64,000 bases of DNA. Origin: an uncultured Candidatus Saccharibacteria bacterium. GTDB taxonomy: Bacteria > Patescibacteriota > Saccharimonadia > Saccharimonadales > CAYZZS01. Both the position numbers and the translations under genes were made by a program. Shown here piece by piece: positions 20,697 through 31,025 of the stretch; positions within the stretch are counted from its first letter, which is position 1; every line of letters starts with the position of its first letter. The notes beneath the pieces were generated by a model, which searched no databases, was not told the DNA's origin, and was given only the letters and a program-made list of their open reading frames with translations. The stretch spans positions 12,584 to 76,583 of the forward strand of contig CAZUIL010000001.1 of assembly GCA_964620175.1 (NCBI GenBank), read 5' to 3'.

Positions 20697-21175
20697 TGCC
20701 GAGGAAGAAAACCAAAGCGCTTGTCCGTCCGGTTGAGCCTGACCGCATTTACAATAGCGTACAGGTACAGCGGGTTATAAATCGTGTCATGCTGGATGGC
20801 AAAAAGCAGCTGGCAGAACGGCTGGTGTACGAGGGCATGCAAAAGGCAGCAGACAAACTGAAGGTCAAAAATCCGCTCGAAGTATTCGAACAGGCCATGA
20901 AGAATGTCCAGCCGCATTTCGAGACACGCTCACGTCGCGTCGGCGGCGCTAACTACCAAATCCCCTTTGAAGTCCGTGGCCAAAGGCAAAACCATCTGAC
21001 GACCATGTGGTTTGTTCAAGCTGCACGGGCACGCAAAGGCATGAGCATGGCAGACCGTATCGCGCTTGAACTGATTGACGCGTACAACGGTGCCGGTGCC
21101 GCGGTAAAGAAGAAAGAAGATACCCATAAGATGGCTGAAGCCAACCGGGCCTTTGCCCATTTCGCGAGGTACTAG
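20696..21175 (+). CDS. rpsG: 30S ribosomal protein S7
   Basis: SRRVGGANYQIP, HKMAEANRAFAH. Confidence 0.99.
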   Translation: MPRKKTKALVRPVEPDRIYNSVQVQRVINRVMLDGKKQLAERLVYEGMQKAADKLKVKNPLEVFEQAMKNVQPHFETRSRRVGGANYQIPFEVRGQRQNHLTTMWFVQAARARKGMSMADRIALELIDAYNGAGAAVKKKEDTHKMAEANRAFAHFARY

Positions 21176-21183
21176 AATTAGTC

Positions 21184-21537
21184 ATGGACAAAGAAATCCA
21201 GCCTCTAGATATAATTGAAGTGGGTTCTGCAGAAGAAATCCTAGAGCAGTATGATGGCAACCATACAAAGGCATTCGATGCAGTTGCCGCGCGTACATTT
21301 TCAAGAGTTGCAGAGCTGGATCTAGTAGCTCCTTGGGAGATGCGTATACTGGACAATTTTTTTGAAGAAGTAGCCGGAGTGCTTTCAGAATCTGCTCATC
21401 CTGAAGCTGAAAGACTGAATGGTCGTCTAGGGGTTTTAGTTGAGCTTTGGGAAACAGGTGCAAGCAAAGAGATAGCGCCTTTTGGTTGGGAGGTTGTCAA
21501 TAAAGAAGGCGCTGTTCACATCTGGCGTCCTCAATAA
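21184..21537 (+). CDS. Hypothetical acidic protein inserted between rpsG and fusA
   Basis: 117-aa ORF filling the gap in operon orientation; visibly AT-richer than its neighbours. Confidence 0.7.
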   Translation: MDKEIQPLDIIEVGSAEEILEQYDGNHTKAFDAVAARTFSRVAELDLVAPWEMRILDNFFEEVAGVLSESAHPEAERLNGRLGVLVELWETGASKEIAPFGWEVVNKEGAVHIWRPQ

Positions 21538-21552
21538 AAAATAAGGATAGGC

Positions 21553-23640
21553 ATGGCTGAGAAGAAATACGAACTAGGAAAATACAGGAACATCGGCATT
21601 ATTGCCCATATTGACGCCGGCAAGACTACGACTACTGAGGGAATTCTTTACCGTACCGGTTTGAAGCACAAAATCGGTGCCGTACACGAGGGTGAAACAA
21701 CCACTGACTGGATGGAGCAGGAGCGCGAGCGCGGCATTACCATTACCTCTGCCGCGGTTACCTGCTTCTGGAAAGATCACAAGATTAACATCATCGACAC
21801 TCCCGGCCACATTGACTTTACCGCTGAGGTGGAGCGTTCCCTCCGTGTGCTTGATGGCGCCGTAACTGTCTTTGACGGCAAAATGGGTGTGGAATCACAG
21901 TCCGAAACTGTTTGGCGCCAAGCTGACAAATACGGTGTGCCGCGCATTTGCTTTATCAATAAAATCAACCAAACCGGCGGCGATTTTTATAAATCGCTCG
22001 AGAGCATCCACAACCGCCTTAGCAAGCGGGCTTTCCCGATTCACCTTCCCATCGGCTTTGAGCAGAGCATCTCAGGCGTTGTTGACCTTATTACCATGAA
22101 GTCGTACACCTACAAAGATTTTACCGACAAAAATCTTATTGAAGGTGAAATCCCCGAAGATATGCTGGAGCAGGCGAAGCGCTACCGTTCATTGCTCATC
22201 GAGAACGCCGTGGCTGAGGACGAAAAGATGCTGGAGAAGTACTTTGAAGTCGGCGAAGAAGGCCTCAGCGAGATGGATATCCGTCATGCCATACGTAATG
22301 CGGTGCTCACCGGAAACTTCTTTGCTGTGACCGGCGGCGATGGACGTGGCGTCATAGTCGAAAAGCTGCTCGATGCGATCACTGACTTCTTGCCGACGCC
22401 GCTTGACCGCGGCTCTGTTTGGGGAACCAACCCAAAGAACGGCGAAAAAATTGAGCGCAAGCCTGAAGATGCCCAGCCAATGAGCGCCCTGGCCTTTAAG
22501 GTAGCTACTGACCCATTTGTTGGGAAACTCTGCTTTATCCGCGTCTACTCCGGGAAGCTAACTGCAGGCTCATATGTCTATAACAGTTCCACGGGCGAGA
22601 AGGAACGCATCGGCCGGCTTGTCCGTATGCAAGCGGATAAGCGTGAAGATATCAATGAGATAACAGCAGGTGATATTGCTGCGGTAGTTGGGCTCAAAGG
22701 CACGACAACTGGTAACACGCTCTGCGACCAAGGCAATCCAGTGGTGCTTGAAAGCATTACCTTCCCAGAACCTCCTGTGTCAATTGCCATCGAACCAAAG
22801 ACTAAAGCCGACCAGGAAAAGATGTCAATTGCATTGCAGCGCCTGGCTGAAGAAGACCCGACATTCCGAGTTAACGTAGACGATGAAACTGGCCAGACCA
22901 TCATCAGCGGCATGGGGGAATTACACCTCGAAATTATAGTTGACCGCATGAAACGAGAATTTAACGTTGAAGCTAACGTTGGCCAGCCGCAGGTTGCTTA
23001 CCGTGAAACCATTCGCAAAGATAGTGTGGAAGTGGAAGGTAAGTTTGTGCGCCAATCCGGCGGCCGCGGCCAATACGGCCACGTCTGGCTACGCCTTAGT
23101 CAAAACGAGGCTGGTAAGGGCTTTGAGTTTATCAACTCCATCAAAGGGGGTGTCGTCCCGAGCGAATATATTAAGCCGGTTGAGGAAGGCATCAAGGAAG
23201 CAATGGCCAACGGTGTGCTGGCAGGCTACCCGGTCGTCGACATCAAGGCTGAGCTCTATGACGGAAGCTACCATGAAGTTGACTCTTCAGAAATGGCATT
23301 TAAAATCGCCGGCTCAATGGCACTCCAGGAAGGCGTAAAGAAGGCAGCGCCGGTACTGCTTGAGCCAGTCATGAAGGTTGTGGTCGTCACCCCAGAAGAG
23401 TTTATGGGTGACGTTATCGGCGATCTAAACAGCAAACGCGGCCGGATTGAATCCATGGAGGACCTACAGGCTGGCGTTAAGGAAATAACTGCCTTCGTGC
23501 CGCTTGGCGAGATGTTTGGCTATACGACAAACTTGCGCAGTATGACACAAGGACGGGCCAGCTCAAGCATGGAGCTCGACCATTACGCGGATGTTCCGGG
23601 CAATGTTGCCGAGGCTATTATTGCAAAGAGTACGAAGTAA
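21553..23640 (+). CDS. fusA: Elongation factor G
   Basis: [39 protein letters not shown]; located in the str operon. Confidence 0.99.
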   Translation: MAEKKYELGKYRNIGIIAHIDAGKTTTTEGILYRTGLKHKIGAVHEGETTTDWMEQERERGITITSAAVTCFWKDHKINIIDTPGHIDFTAEVERSLRVLDGAVTVFDGKMGVESQSETVWRQADKYGVPRICFINKINQTGGDFYKSLESIHNRLSKRAFPIHLPIGFEQSISGVVDLITMKSYTYKDFTDKNLIEGEIPEDMLEQAKRYRSLLIENAVAEDEKMLEKYFEVGEEGLSEMDIRHAIRNAVLTGNFFAVTGGDGRGVIVEKLLDAITDFLPTPLDRGSVWGTNPKNGEKIERKPEDAQPMSALAFKVATDPFVGKLCFIRVYSGKLTAGSYVYNSSTGEKERIGRLVRMQADKREDINEITAGDIAAVVGLKGTTTGNTLCDQGNPVVLESITFPEPPVSIAIEPKTKADQEKMSIALQRLAEEDPTFRVNVDDETGQTIISGMGELHLEIIVDRMKREFNVEANVGQPQVAYRETIRKDSVEVEGKFVRQSGGRGQYGHVWLRLSQNEAGKGFEFINSIKGGVVPSEYIKPVEEGIKEAMANGVLAGYPVVDIKAELYDGSYHEVDSSEMAFKIAGSMALQEGVKKAAPVLLEPVMKVVVVTPEEFMGDVIGDLNSKRGRIESMEDLQAGVKEITAFVPLGEMFGYTTNLRSMTQGRASSSMELDHYADVPGNVAEAIIAKSTK

Positions 23641-23645
23641 CAAGG

Positions 23646-23966
23646 TTGGCAGTGACTGATTTGGTGCGCTCCGGAGAAGAGCCGGTAATCTCCCTCGACC
23701 GTATCATGCCGCTTGACGAAGGCGGTGAACAAAGAATGCGTGAGGAAACCGAGATATGCCTGGCGATGATCAGGTATCGGTTGGCTCAGCCATCTGCTCC
23801 CTTTGCCGTCGAGCCGATGATAAGACATTGGGAGTATGAAGTAGACGTGGAATACCCACAGGCGCCTACTGCTAAAGCGCTGCATTTCGGACGGGCTGTT
23901 GTTGTGGCAGCGTTTTTGGGGGCAGGCGCACTAAAGTATCGGCTATCCAGGCGTCAAGCAAAATAA
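23646..23966 (+). CDS. Hypothetical protein with C-terminal hydrophobic anchor
   Basis: 106-aa ORF between fusA and tuf, ending AVVVAAFLGAGALKYRLSRRQAK. Start uncertain. Confidence 0.55.
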   Translation: MAVTDLVRSGEEPVISLDRIMPLDEGGEQRMREETEICLAMIRYRLAQPSAPFAVEPMIRHWEYEVDVEYPQAPTAKALHFGRAVVVAAFLGAGALKYRLSRRQAK

Positions 23967-24077
23967 TGCCCGACTATTTACAACAGGGAAGAACTTCTGT
24001 ACAATTACCGGGTATCTCGCATGGGTGCTATATTCTCATGCAAAACAATTTAATCAACTAACGAGGAGTTACATCAG

Positions 24078-25259
24078 ATGGCAGAGTTTGACAGAAGCAA
24101 GCCGCACGTAAACGTAGGTACCATGGGACACGTTGACCACGGCAAGACTACGCTTACGGCAGCTATTACACACGTACTGGCTAAAAAGCTTCCAAGCGAC
24201 GTTAACAAGCCAATCAAATACGACGAGATTGATAAGGCGCCAGAGGAAAAGGCGCGTGGTATTACCATTGCGACTTCGCACCAGGAATATGAGTCAGAAA
24301 AGCGCCACTACGCGCACGTTGACATGCCCGGACATGCCGACTATGTCAAGAACATGATTACCGGTGCAGCACAGATTGACGGTGCTATCCTGGTAGTTTC
24401 TGCAGCTGACGGTCCAATGCCACAGACACGTGAGCACGTATTGCTCGCTCGGCAGGTTGGTGTACCGAAGATCCTCGTTTTCATGAACAAGATGGACCTC
24501 GCCGATCCTGAACTGGTAGAGCTGGTGGAAATGGATATTCGTGAACTGCTTGCCAAGTACGAATTCGACGAAAACTGCCCGATTATTAAGGGCTCCGCAA
24601 CCAAAGCGCTTGAAGGCGACAGTGCCAACGAAGACGCCATTATGGAACTGGTTAAGGCGATGGATGACTACATCCCAGAGCCAAAGCGCGACCTTGACAA
24701 GCCATTCATGATGGCAATCGAGGACGTCTTTTCCATTAAGGGTCGGGGCACGGTTGCGACCGGACGTGTTGAGACGGGTATAGTCAAGATTAACGATGAA
24801 GTTGAAATCGTTGGTATCCGCGACACTCGTAAAAGCGTTGTTACCGGTGTTGAAATGTTCAAGAAGAACCTTGAGCAGGGACAGGCGGGCGATAACGTTG
24901 GTATCCTTCTCCGCGGTATTGAGCGCGAAGACATTGAGCGTGGGCAAGTGCTTGCCAAGCCAGGCTCTATCACCCCGCATACCGAATTTGAGTCCGAAGT
25001 ATATATCCTGACCAAGGAGGAAGGTGGTCGTCACACGCCATTCTTTAAGGGCTACAAGCCGCAGTTTTACTTCCGAACCACGGACGTGACCGGTGAGGTA
25101 GAATTACCAGCCGATAAGGAAATGGTTATGCCGGGCGACACAGTAACCTTTAAGGTGAAGCTGCTTGCTCCAATCGCTATGGAACAGGGCCTGCGCTTCG
25201 CTATCCGTGAGGGTGGCCGCACCGTCGGCGCCGGAGTCGTCACGAAGATTAATAAGTAA
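24078..25259 (+). CDS. tuf: Elongation factor Tu
   Basis: [38 protein letters not shown]. Confidence 0.99.
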   Translation: MAEFDRSKPHVNVGTMGHVDHGKTTLTAAITHVLAKKLPSDVNKPIKYDEIDKAPEEKARGITIATSHQEYESEKRHYAHVDMPGHADYVKNMITGAAQIDGAILVVSAADGPMPQTREHVLLARQVGVPKILVFMNKMDLADPELVELVEMDIRELLAKYEFDENCPIIKGSATKALEGDSANEDAIMELVKAMDDYIPEPKRDLDKPFMMAIEDVFSIKGRGTVATGRVETGIVKINDEVEIVGIRDTRKSVVTGVEMFKKNLEQGQAGDNVGILLRGIEREDIERGQVLAKPGSITPHTEFESEVYILTKEEGGRHTPFFKGYKPQFYFRTTDVTGEVELPADKEMVMPGDTVTFKVKLLAPIAMEQGLRFAIREGGRTVGAGVVTKINK

Positions 25260-25278
25260 GTATACTGAGTTAATCTAA

Positions 25279-25309
25279 CAAAGAGAGCCTCGGAATTCCG
25301 AGGCTCTTT
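25279..25309 (+). terminator. Intrinsic terminator after tuf
   Basis: AGAGCCTCGG-AATT-CCGAGGCTCT followed by T residues. Confidence 0.8.
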
Positions 25310-25784
25310 CAATTGGCGAAATACGGAGTTAGAAAAGGAGGACAAGTGTGCTAGGCAGGGGTTCAGAGTAATTGATGTAGTTGTTGTGAACCCCCGCCGG
25401 CTCGTGCATGCAATTTGCCTAATCGCTCTCTGTTCTGGTCTCGGAAATTCCGAGCGAGAATACTATTGCTATTAATAACCCGGTTAGGGCATACGTTTCC
25501 CAAATCGGATTTTGGTAAGCAAAAATTAATATCTTGGTGAAGGTAAAGTTCCTCTCAAAGCAAGTAAGCCCTTGCAAAGTGCTTTTATTTATCAGCATTT
25601 TGTTATACAATATTGCTACAAACTTAATTGTGGTGATTAAAAGTCGCTGTCCGCTCTCTCTATAGTGCGCCGGAGATGTTACACCACACCAGAGGTTATA
25701 GTTTCTAGGTTCTAGGTTATAGAAGAAACCGCAAAACCTAACACCTAATACCTAAAACCTTTTGGACTCGAAAGGAGTCAAAAA

Positions 25785-26120
25785 ATGGCTGAAAGTAAAA
25801 AGGCCGAAGCAAGTACCAATCAACGGATTCGTATTCGTCTCAAGGCATACGACCATAAGGTTATTGACCAGTCTGCCAAGCAGATTGTTGATACGGCGCT
25901 GCGTACCGGCGCAACTATAGCCGGACCAATCCCGCTGCCAACCAAACGGACAACCTACACTGTTATCAAAAGCCCGCACGTATATAAGAAAGGCCGTGAA
26001 CAGTTTGAAATGCGTATCCACAAACGGCTTATTGATGTACTCGAGCCAACGCCGAAGACGATTGACAGCCTGATGAATCTTTCATTACCGGCAGGCTGTG
26101 ATGCTGAAATTAAAATGTAA
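25785..26120 (+). CDS. rpsJ: 30S ribosomal protein S10
   Basis: [27 protein letters not shown]. Confidence 0.99.
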   Translation: MAESKKAEASTNQRIRIRLKAYDHKVIDQSAKQIVDTALRTGATIAGPIPLPTKRTTYTVIKSPHVYKKGREQFEMRIHKRLIDVLEPTPKTIDSLMNLSLPAGCDAEIKM

Positions 26121-26195
26121 TTGACCTACTGCGACCGTCTCTGCTAAAGCCGGAGAGGCAAACGCATAGGGCATTGACAGCTAGAAGAGGCCACC

Positions 26196-27278
26196 ATGGC
26201 ACAATTGCAATCAAGTATTGAAGCGGCTCCGTTACACGGTGGTGCCACCGATGTTGAGTTACTTGATTCGAGGGACTACTACCAGGAGTTAATGCAGCGC
26301 ATCCCACATGTACGTGAACGTGCTCATATGATGGCTATGGCTTTTTGGGCCGACGGCGCTACCGAACCGTTAATCGAATCATTGGCAGATTGCGCCGCCA
26401 ACACTGACGCAAACGTCAGCTTAGCGGCCGATAGCTTTTCGCGGTTAATGTACAACCATCTGCCTAGATGGATGCTCATGGGCAAGATGCGTGAGGCGAG
26501 CGATGGGCAATGGCAAAGGACTAAACGCCTCATTACCAGACTTGAGGAGAGCGGTGGCCAGTTCAAGTGGTTGGATACACCATCTAACCTTAAGAAGACA
26601 CTGTTCTTTCTGAACACCAACCATATTAAAGCCACAATTCTAGATGATACCGTGTATCTCGGTGGGGCGAACATTACCGGTAAAGATCTTAGCGAATCTA
26701 TCGATTTTATGGTGCGGGTCGAGAGCCCAGAATTGGCGGATATCCTAGAGCTGGTGTTGTTTGAACAAGAGGACATTGAAAGGTCAGATTTTGTACTGCA
26801 CAGCAGGAACATAGGCCATATTTACTTTGATTCCGGCAAGCGGAACCGCTCGCTTATATATGAGACAGTAAACAGCCTTGTTGCTCAAGCGGCAGAAGAG
26901 GTAAAGTTAGTAACCCGGTTTGCCCCGACCGGTACGCTCAAGCGTTCATTGGAGCAGGCGCAGGCAAATGGCGCCGAAATTAACTGTGTCTATTTGCGGC
27001 AAAAGGATATCAGCTGGCTGTACAAAGGTCTCGGCCGCTTAGGTATTCTCCAAAGCCGTCGTCTGCCTGCACGGCCCCAATCTGACATGAGTGTTGAGCA
27101 GTACGGCCCCCTGCACGCTAAGCTCTTAATCGCAGATGATAAGCTTGTCGTTAGTTCTCATAACTTTACTGGCGCGGGAGTATTGCTGGGAACCAAGGAG
27201 CTAGCAGTTATCACAGAAAACACAAAACTGGTTGCACAAGCACATGAGGCGTTTGACACCTATTTTAGTGAAGCGTGA
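26196..27278 (+). CDS. Phospholipase D superfamily protein (two HKD motifs, cardiolipin-synthase-like)
   Basis: HIKATILD...GGANI and HAKLLIAD...SSHNF. Confidence 0.85.
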   Translation: MAQLQSSIEAAPLHGGATDVELLDSRDYYQELMQRIPHVRERAHMMAMAFWADGATEPLIESLADCAANTDANVSLAADSFSRLMYNHLPRWMLMGKMREASDGQWQRTKRLITRLEESGGQFKWLDTPSNLKKTLFFLNTNHIKATILDDTVYLGGANITGKDLSESIDFMVRVESPELADILELVLFEQEDIERSDFVLHSRNIGHIYFDSGKRNRSLIYETVNSLVAQAAEEVKLVTRFAPTGTLKRSLEQAQANGAEINCVYLRQKDISWLYKGLGRLGILQSRRLPARPQSDMSVEQYGPLHAKLLIADDKLVVSSHNFTGAGVLLGTKELAVITENTKLVAQAHEAFDTYFSEA

Positions 27279-27357
27279 GCTTGACCGCGCTGCAGCAACA
27301 ATACAGCTCATCTGTCCCGTGTAATGTAATTGAAGAGGGGCTTGCGGGTATGCTAGT

Positions 27358-27660
27358 ATGAAGCGAATAATTGTTATGGCTAAAACAAGGAAAAATAAAA
27401 ATGACAAATCAACTGGCTCGGCGGCTGATACCGTCTACCTCCTGAAGTTAGCTTTACTTTTAGTAGTCGGTTCATTCTGGATTAAGATTACCCGTGGAGA
27501 AGCGGCCCAGCTGCCGATACCGGCAGGCTTTTTAATTGGCCTGCTCGCAGCTTCTCACGAGCGTTTTGCCATTGACCGTAAAATTCAATTTGCCATCCTG
27601 CTCGTTTCGATGCTGGTCGGATTTTGGCTGCCATATGGCATTTTTGTGGCGTTGGTGTGA
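27358..27660 (+). CDS. Small hypothetical membrane protein
   Basis: Three hydrophobic segments, HERFAIDRKI loop. Confidence 0.75.
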   Translation: MKRIIVMAKTRKNKNDKSTGSAADTVYLLKLALLLVVGSFWIKITRGEAAQLPIPAGFLIGLLAASHERFAIDRKIQFAILLVSMLVGFWLPYGIFVALV

Positions 27661-27661
27661 A

Positions 27662-28117
27662 ATGACGAGAAAATGGCTTAAACTCCTGCTGCATGCACGC
27701 ATACTGCTACTATTGGGCATCATTGCCTTCCTGTTTATAGGAACCGCTTTCTATTACCAGTACCAGTATGTGTTTAAGAGTACTCGTGTCATCGGTACCA
27801 TCATAACCAAGGAACGGGATGTTAGATCGGGAATCCATAGGCCAATTAGGGATACAGCGGGCTACATTTACACTGTACAGTTACCTGAACCGGTATTTGA
27901 CAGGACACAATATAGATTGCAGGTTGACGGCAATTTTCAAGTCGGCTCCGGGATTGAGATCGCAGTTCTAGAAGACTCTGATGAAGCCAGGCTATACTCC
28001 TCCAAACAAAACTATTTTCTCGCTTGGCTGATAGCTGTGCCGCTGGCAGGCTTGCTATTTGTCGTTATATTTATGACAAAAGGTTTCCAGAGGCGAACTG
28101 ATCGCAAACATGCTTAA
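27662..28117 (+). CDS. Hypothetical two-TM membrane protein (DUF3592-like topology)
   Basis: ATG 27662 directly after the previous stop; N- and C-terminal TM helices around a beta-rich domain. Confidence 0.6.
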   Translation: MTRKWLKLLLHARILLLLGIIAFLFIGTAFYYQYQYVFKSTRVIGTIITKERDVRSGIHRPIRDTAGYIYTVQLPEPVFDRTQYRLQVDGNFQVGSGIEIAVLEDSDEARLYSSKQNYFLAWLIAVPLAGLLFVVIFMTKGFQRRTDRKHA

Positions 28118-28138
28118 TATTGTAGAATAGTCTACATA

Positions 28139-28285
28139 TTGACAGAGGTGGTGAAAATCTGATAATCTATTGCGGTATATCAAGACTTTGTACGGCAGCA
28201 CTTGGTGATTTAGCAGGTCTAACAGAGATAGAAACCGCTAGGCACCAAGCATTTTATTGCTCAGTACTAAAAACCGAAGGAAGTT
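28139..28285 (+). promoter_or_regulatory. Separate promoter and structured leader of the rplC operon
   Basis: TTGACA 28139-28144 with GATAAT/TAATCT -10; leader hairpin CTTGGTG...CACCAAG. Confidence 0.55.
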
Positions 28286-28897
28286 ATGAAGGGATTGATA
28301 ACGCGCAAGCTAGGCATGACCAGTACCATCAACGATGACGGTACCGTGCAGGCTATTACCTTGCTTTCTGCTGAGCCAGGTGTGGTAACCCAGGTTAAGT
28401 CGGATGAGTCCGACGGCTACACCGCGGTCCAGGTTGGCATTGGTACGGGCAAGCGTCTGTCAAAGTCGCTCATCGGCCACCTTAAGCCTTCCAAGAGCAC
28501 ACCAAAGGTAATCAAGGAATTCAGGGTGAGCGAAATTACAGAGGCCATGCAGGTTGGCGCCACCATCACCGCTGAAGCATTCGAAGTTGGTGACATCGTG
28601 CACGCTACCGGAACAAGCAAAGGTAAAGGATGGGCTGGTACTATCAAGCGTCATAATTTCCATCGGGGTCGCAAAACGCACGGCGGCCGCTCATACCGAA
28701 GGGTCGGCTCTATCGGCTCGATGTACCCACAGAAGATTTTTAAGGGCAAGAAAATGGCTGGACAAATGGGCAATGAGCAGGTGACCGTTCGCAACCTAAC
28801 CATCGCTTTGGTAGACAAAGAGCATGGCGTAATCGGCGTAGCCGGGGCGATACCAGGCCCTCGCAAGGGTATCGTTATATTACGGGGGGCAAACTAA
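28286..28897 (+). CDS. rplC: 50S ribosomal protein L3
   Basis: KLGMT, DGYTAVQVG, GTSKGKG, KGKKMAGQMG. Confidence 0.99.
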   Translation: MKGLITRKLGMTSTINDDGTVQAITLLSAEPGVVTQVKSDESDGYTAVQVGIGTGKRLSKSLIGHLKPSKSTPKVIKEFRVSEITEAMQVGATITAEAFEVGDIVHATGTSKGKGWAGTIKRHNFHRGRKTHGGRSYRRVGSIGSMYPQKIFKGKKMAGQMGNEQVTVRNLTIALVDKEHGVIGVAGAIPGPRKGIVILRGAN

Positions 28898-29535
28898 TGG
28901 CAGTTGCAAGCACCTATACCAAGGCCGGCAACAAGGCTACGAACAGCGCCAAATTGGATAAGAAGGTATTTGGCGTCGACACCGTTAGCCATGAGCTCCT
29001 GAAGCAAGCCTATACCGCGTACCTCGCGAACGGCAGGGTCAATCTCGCGAATACAAAGACGCGTGGCGAGGTCAGGGGCGGCGGCAAAAAACCGTGGCGA
29101 CAAAAGGGTACCGGCCGGGCACGCTTTGGCTCTTCACGGGTACCGATTTGGCGTGGCGGTGGTATCACCTTCGGCCCTACCGGTGAAGAGAACTATACCC
29201 ACAGGCTGCCGTTAAAGGCTAAACGAGCCGCGCTGCGGCAGGCACTTTCACTGAAGGCAAAGGAAAGCCAAGTAATTGTCGTCGAAGCGTTAAACTTTTC
29301 TGGCAAAACTGCTGAAGCAGCCGGCTTCCTGCAAAAGATCAACGCCACAGGTAACGTATTGCTAGTGGTAGAGGATAAGACCGACGAGGTCGTACGGGCA
29401 GTACGCAACCTGCCAGCTGTAATAGTAGTCCAAGCGACCTACATCAACGTGTTTGATGTGCTGAATGCTGACGCCATCGTTATAACAAGCAGCGCCCTGC
29501 AGTCAGTGCATGACTGGCTCGGAGGGGAAAAATAA
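28897..29535 (+). CDS. rplD: 50S ribosomal protein L4
   Basis: KTRGEVRGGGKKPWRQKGTGRAR. Confidence 0.99.
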   Translation: MAVASTYTKAGNKATNSAKLDKKVFGVDTVSHELLKQAYTAYLANGRVNLANTKTRGEVRGGGKKPWRQKGTGRARFGSSRVPIWRGGGITFGPTGEENYTHRLPLKAKRAALRQALSLKAKESQVIVVEALNFSGKTAEAAGFLQKINATGNVLLVVEDKTDEVVRAVRNLPAVIVVQATYINVFDVLNADAIVITSSALQSVHDWLGGEK

Positions 29536-29536
29536 T

Positions 29537-29878
29537 ATGAGTAAGACATTGGTACTCAAGCCCCGGATTAGTGAAAAGGCATACGCGCTGAGCCAATCAG
29601 CCAACGTGTATGTATTTGAAGTACCGTCTGAAACCAATAAGCAATCAGTCGCTGAGGCGGTAGCGAAGCAATTCTCGGTAACGGTCAATAAAGTGAATAT
29701 ATACAACAGCAAGGGCAAGCGTAAGCGAAGCGTCCGCAAAAGCGGCCGTCAAGTCATGGGAAAGCGGCCTGATACCAAACGGGCCTATGTAACCCTTAAG
29801 CAGGGTGACAGTATTCCTGTGTTTGCTGCTGTCGAAGAGGCCGAAAAAGAAGCCGCTAAGTCTGGAGGAGGTAAGTAA
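29537..29878 (+). CDS. rplW: 50S ribosomal protein L23
   Basis: PRISEKA, YVFEV, KRAYVTL; operon position. Confidence 0.97.
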   Translation: MSKTLVLKPRISEKAYALSQSANVYVFEVPSETNKQSVAEAVAKQFSVTVNKVNIYNSKGKRKRSVRKSGRQVMGKRPDTKRAYVTLKQGDSIPVFAAVEEAEKEAAKSGGGK

Positions 29879-30738
29879 TGGCTATTAAGTCCTACCGGCC
29901 AGTTACACCAGGACAGCGGGGCATGACCACGCAAGACACCAGTGCTGTTACTGCTAAGAAGCCGCTTAAGTCGCTGCTGGCAGTCCGTAAGAAATCGAGC
30001 GGGCGAAACAACCAGGGGCGGATTACTGTCCGTCATCGTGGCGGCGGTGCGCGCAAGTTCTACCGGCTGGTAAACTTCCAGCTAGACCCTGGTAGCACTG
30101 CGACAGTTGAGCAGATCGAATACGATCCGAACCGCTCAGCGCATATTGCCAGGATCAAAGATAGCGACGGCAAGTACCACTATGTCATCGCGGCCCAGGG
30201 TATGCGCGTCGGGCAGAAACTGGCGAGCGGCAAAGGAAGCGCGATAGAAACCGGCAATCGTCTGCAACTGAAAGACATACCGGTTGGGAGCGTTATCCAC
30301 GCAATTGAGCTCCAGCCTGGACAAGGTGCCAAGCTGGTGCGGAGTGCTGGCAACAGTGCCCAGCTGATGGCCAAGGATGGCGAATACGCTCAAGTACGGC
30401 TACCAAGCGGCGAAGTGCGCATAGTGCACCATGAATGCACGGCAAGTATTGGTATGGTTGGCAACGTCCAACACCAGAATATAAAGATTGGCAAGGCCGG
30501 GCGTTCCCGCAGGCGGGGCATCAGGCCCACTGTCCGCGGAGTTGTTATGAATGCAGTAGATCACCCTCATGGCGGTGGTGACGGTGGCCGGCATGGCATC
30601 GGTGGTGGTAAAAACCATGGTGCTGCCCCACGCACGCCATGGGGGCAAAAGACCCTTGGCTACAAGACCCGCCGGCGAAAGAGTACCAACAAATATATCG
30701 TAAGGAGCCGTCATGCGGCGAAACGGAAGAAAGGGTAA
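29878..30738 (+). CDS. rplB: 50S ribosomal protein L2
   Basis: GRNNQGRIT, EYDPNRSA, VRGVVMNAVDHPHGGG. Confidence 0.99.
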   Translation: MAIKSYRPVTPGQRGMTTQDTSAVTAKKPLKSLLAVRKKSSGRNNQGRITVRHRGGGARKFYRLVNFQLDPGSTATVEQIEYDPNRSAHIARIKDSDGKYHYVIAAQGMRVGQKLASGKGSAIETGNRLQLKDIPVGSVIHAIELQPGQGAKLVRSAGNSAQLMAKDGEYAQVRLPSGEVRIVHHECTASIGMVGNVQHQNIKIGKAGRSRRRGIRPTVRGVVMNAVDHPHGGGDGGRHGIGGGKNHGAAPRTPWGQKTLGYKTRRRKSTNKYIVRSRHAAKRKKG

Positions 30739-30744
30739 CCGATT

Positions 30745-31014
30745 ATGAGCCGTTCACTGAAGAAGGGACCGTTTGTTGATCCGAAGCTCGCAAAGAAGGT
30801 TGCGGCTCTGGGCACTGAGGACCGTACAATTATCAAAACCTGGGCCCGGGCATCGGTTATTCCACCTGAGTTCGTAGGCCGTACAATCGCCGTCCACAAC
30901 GGTAAGGTGCATGTACCGGTATTTGTGACTGAAAACATGGTGGGACATAAGTTAGGCGAATTTGCGCCTACACGTAAATTCCGCACACATGGCGGTAAGT
31001 TGGCGAAAGGTTAG
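30745..31014 (+). CDS. rpsS: 30S ribosomal protein S19
   Basis: [25 protein letters not shown]. Confidence 0.99.
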   Translation: MSRSLKKGPFVDPKLAKKVAALGTEDRTIIKTWARASVIPPEFVGRTIAVHNGKVHVPVFVTENMVGHKLGEFAPTRKFRTHGGKLAKG

Positions 31015-31025
31015 AGGATAGAAGT

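Noticed and set aside
25419-25610. 63-aa minus-strand ORF with a hydrophobic stretch
   Set aside because: It overlaps the AT-rich rpsJ promoter region and has a TTG start with no SD; not distinguishable from chance.
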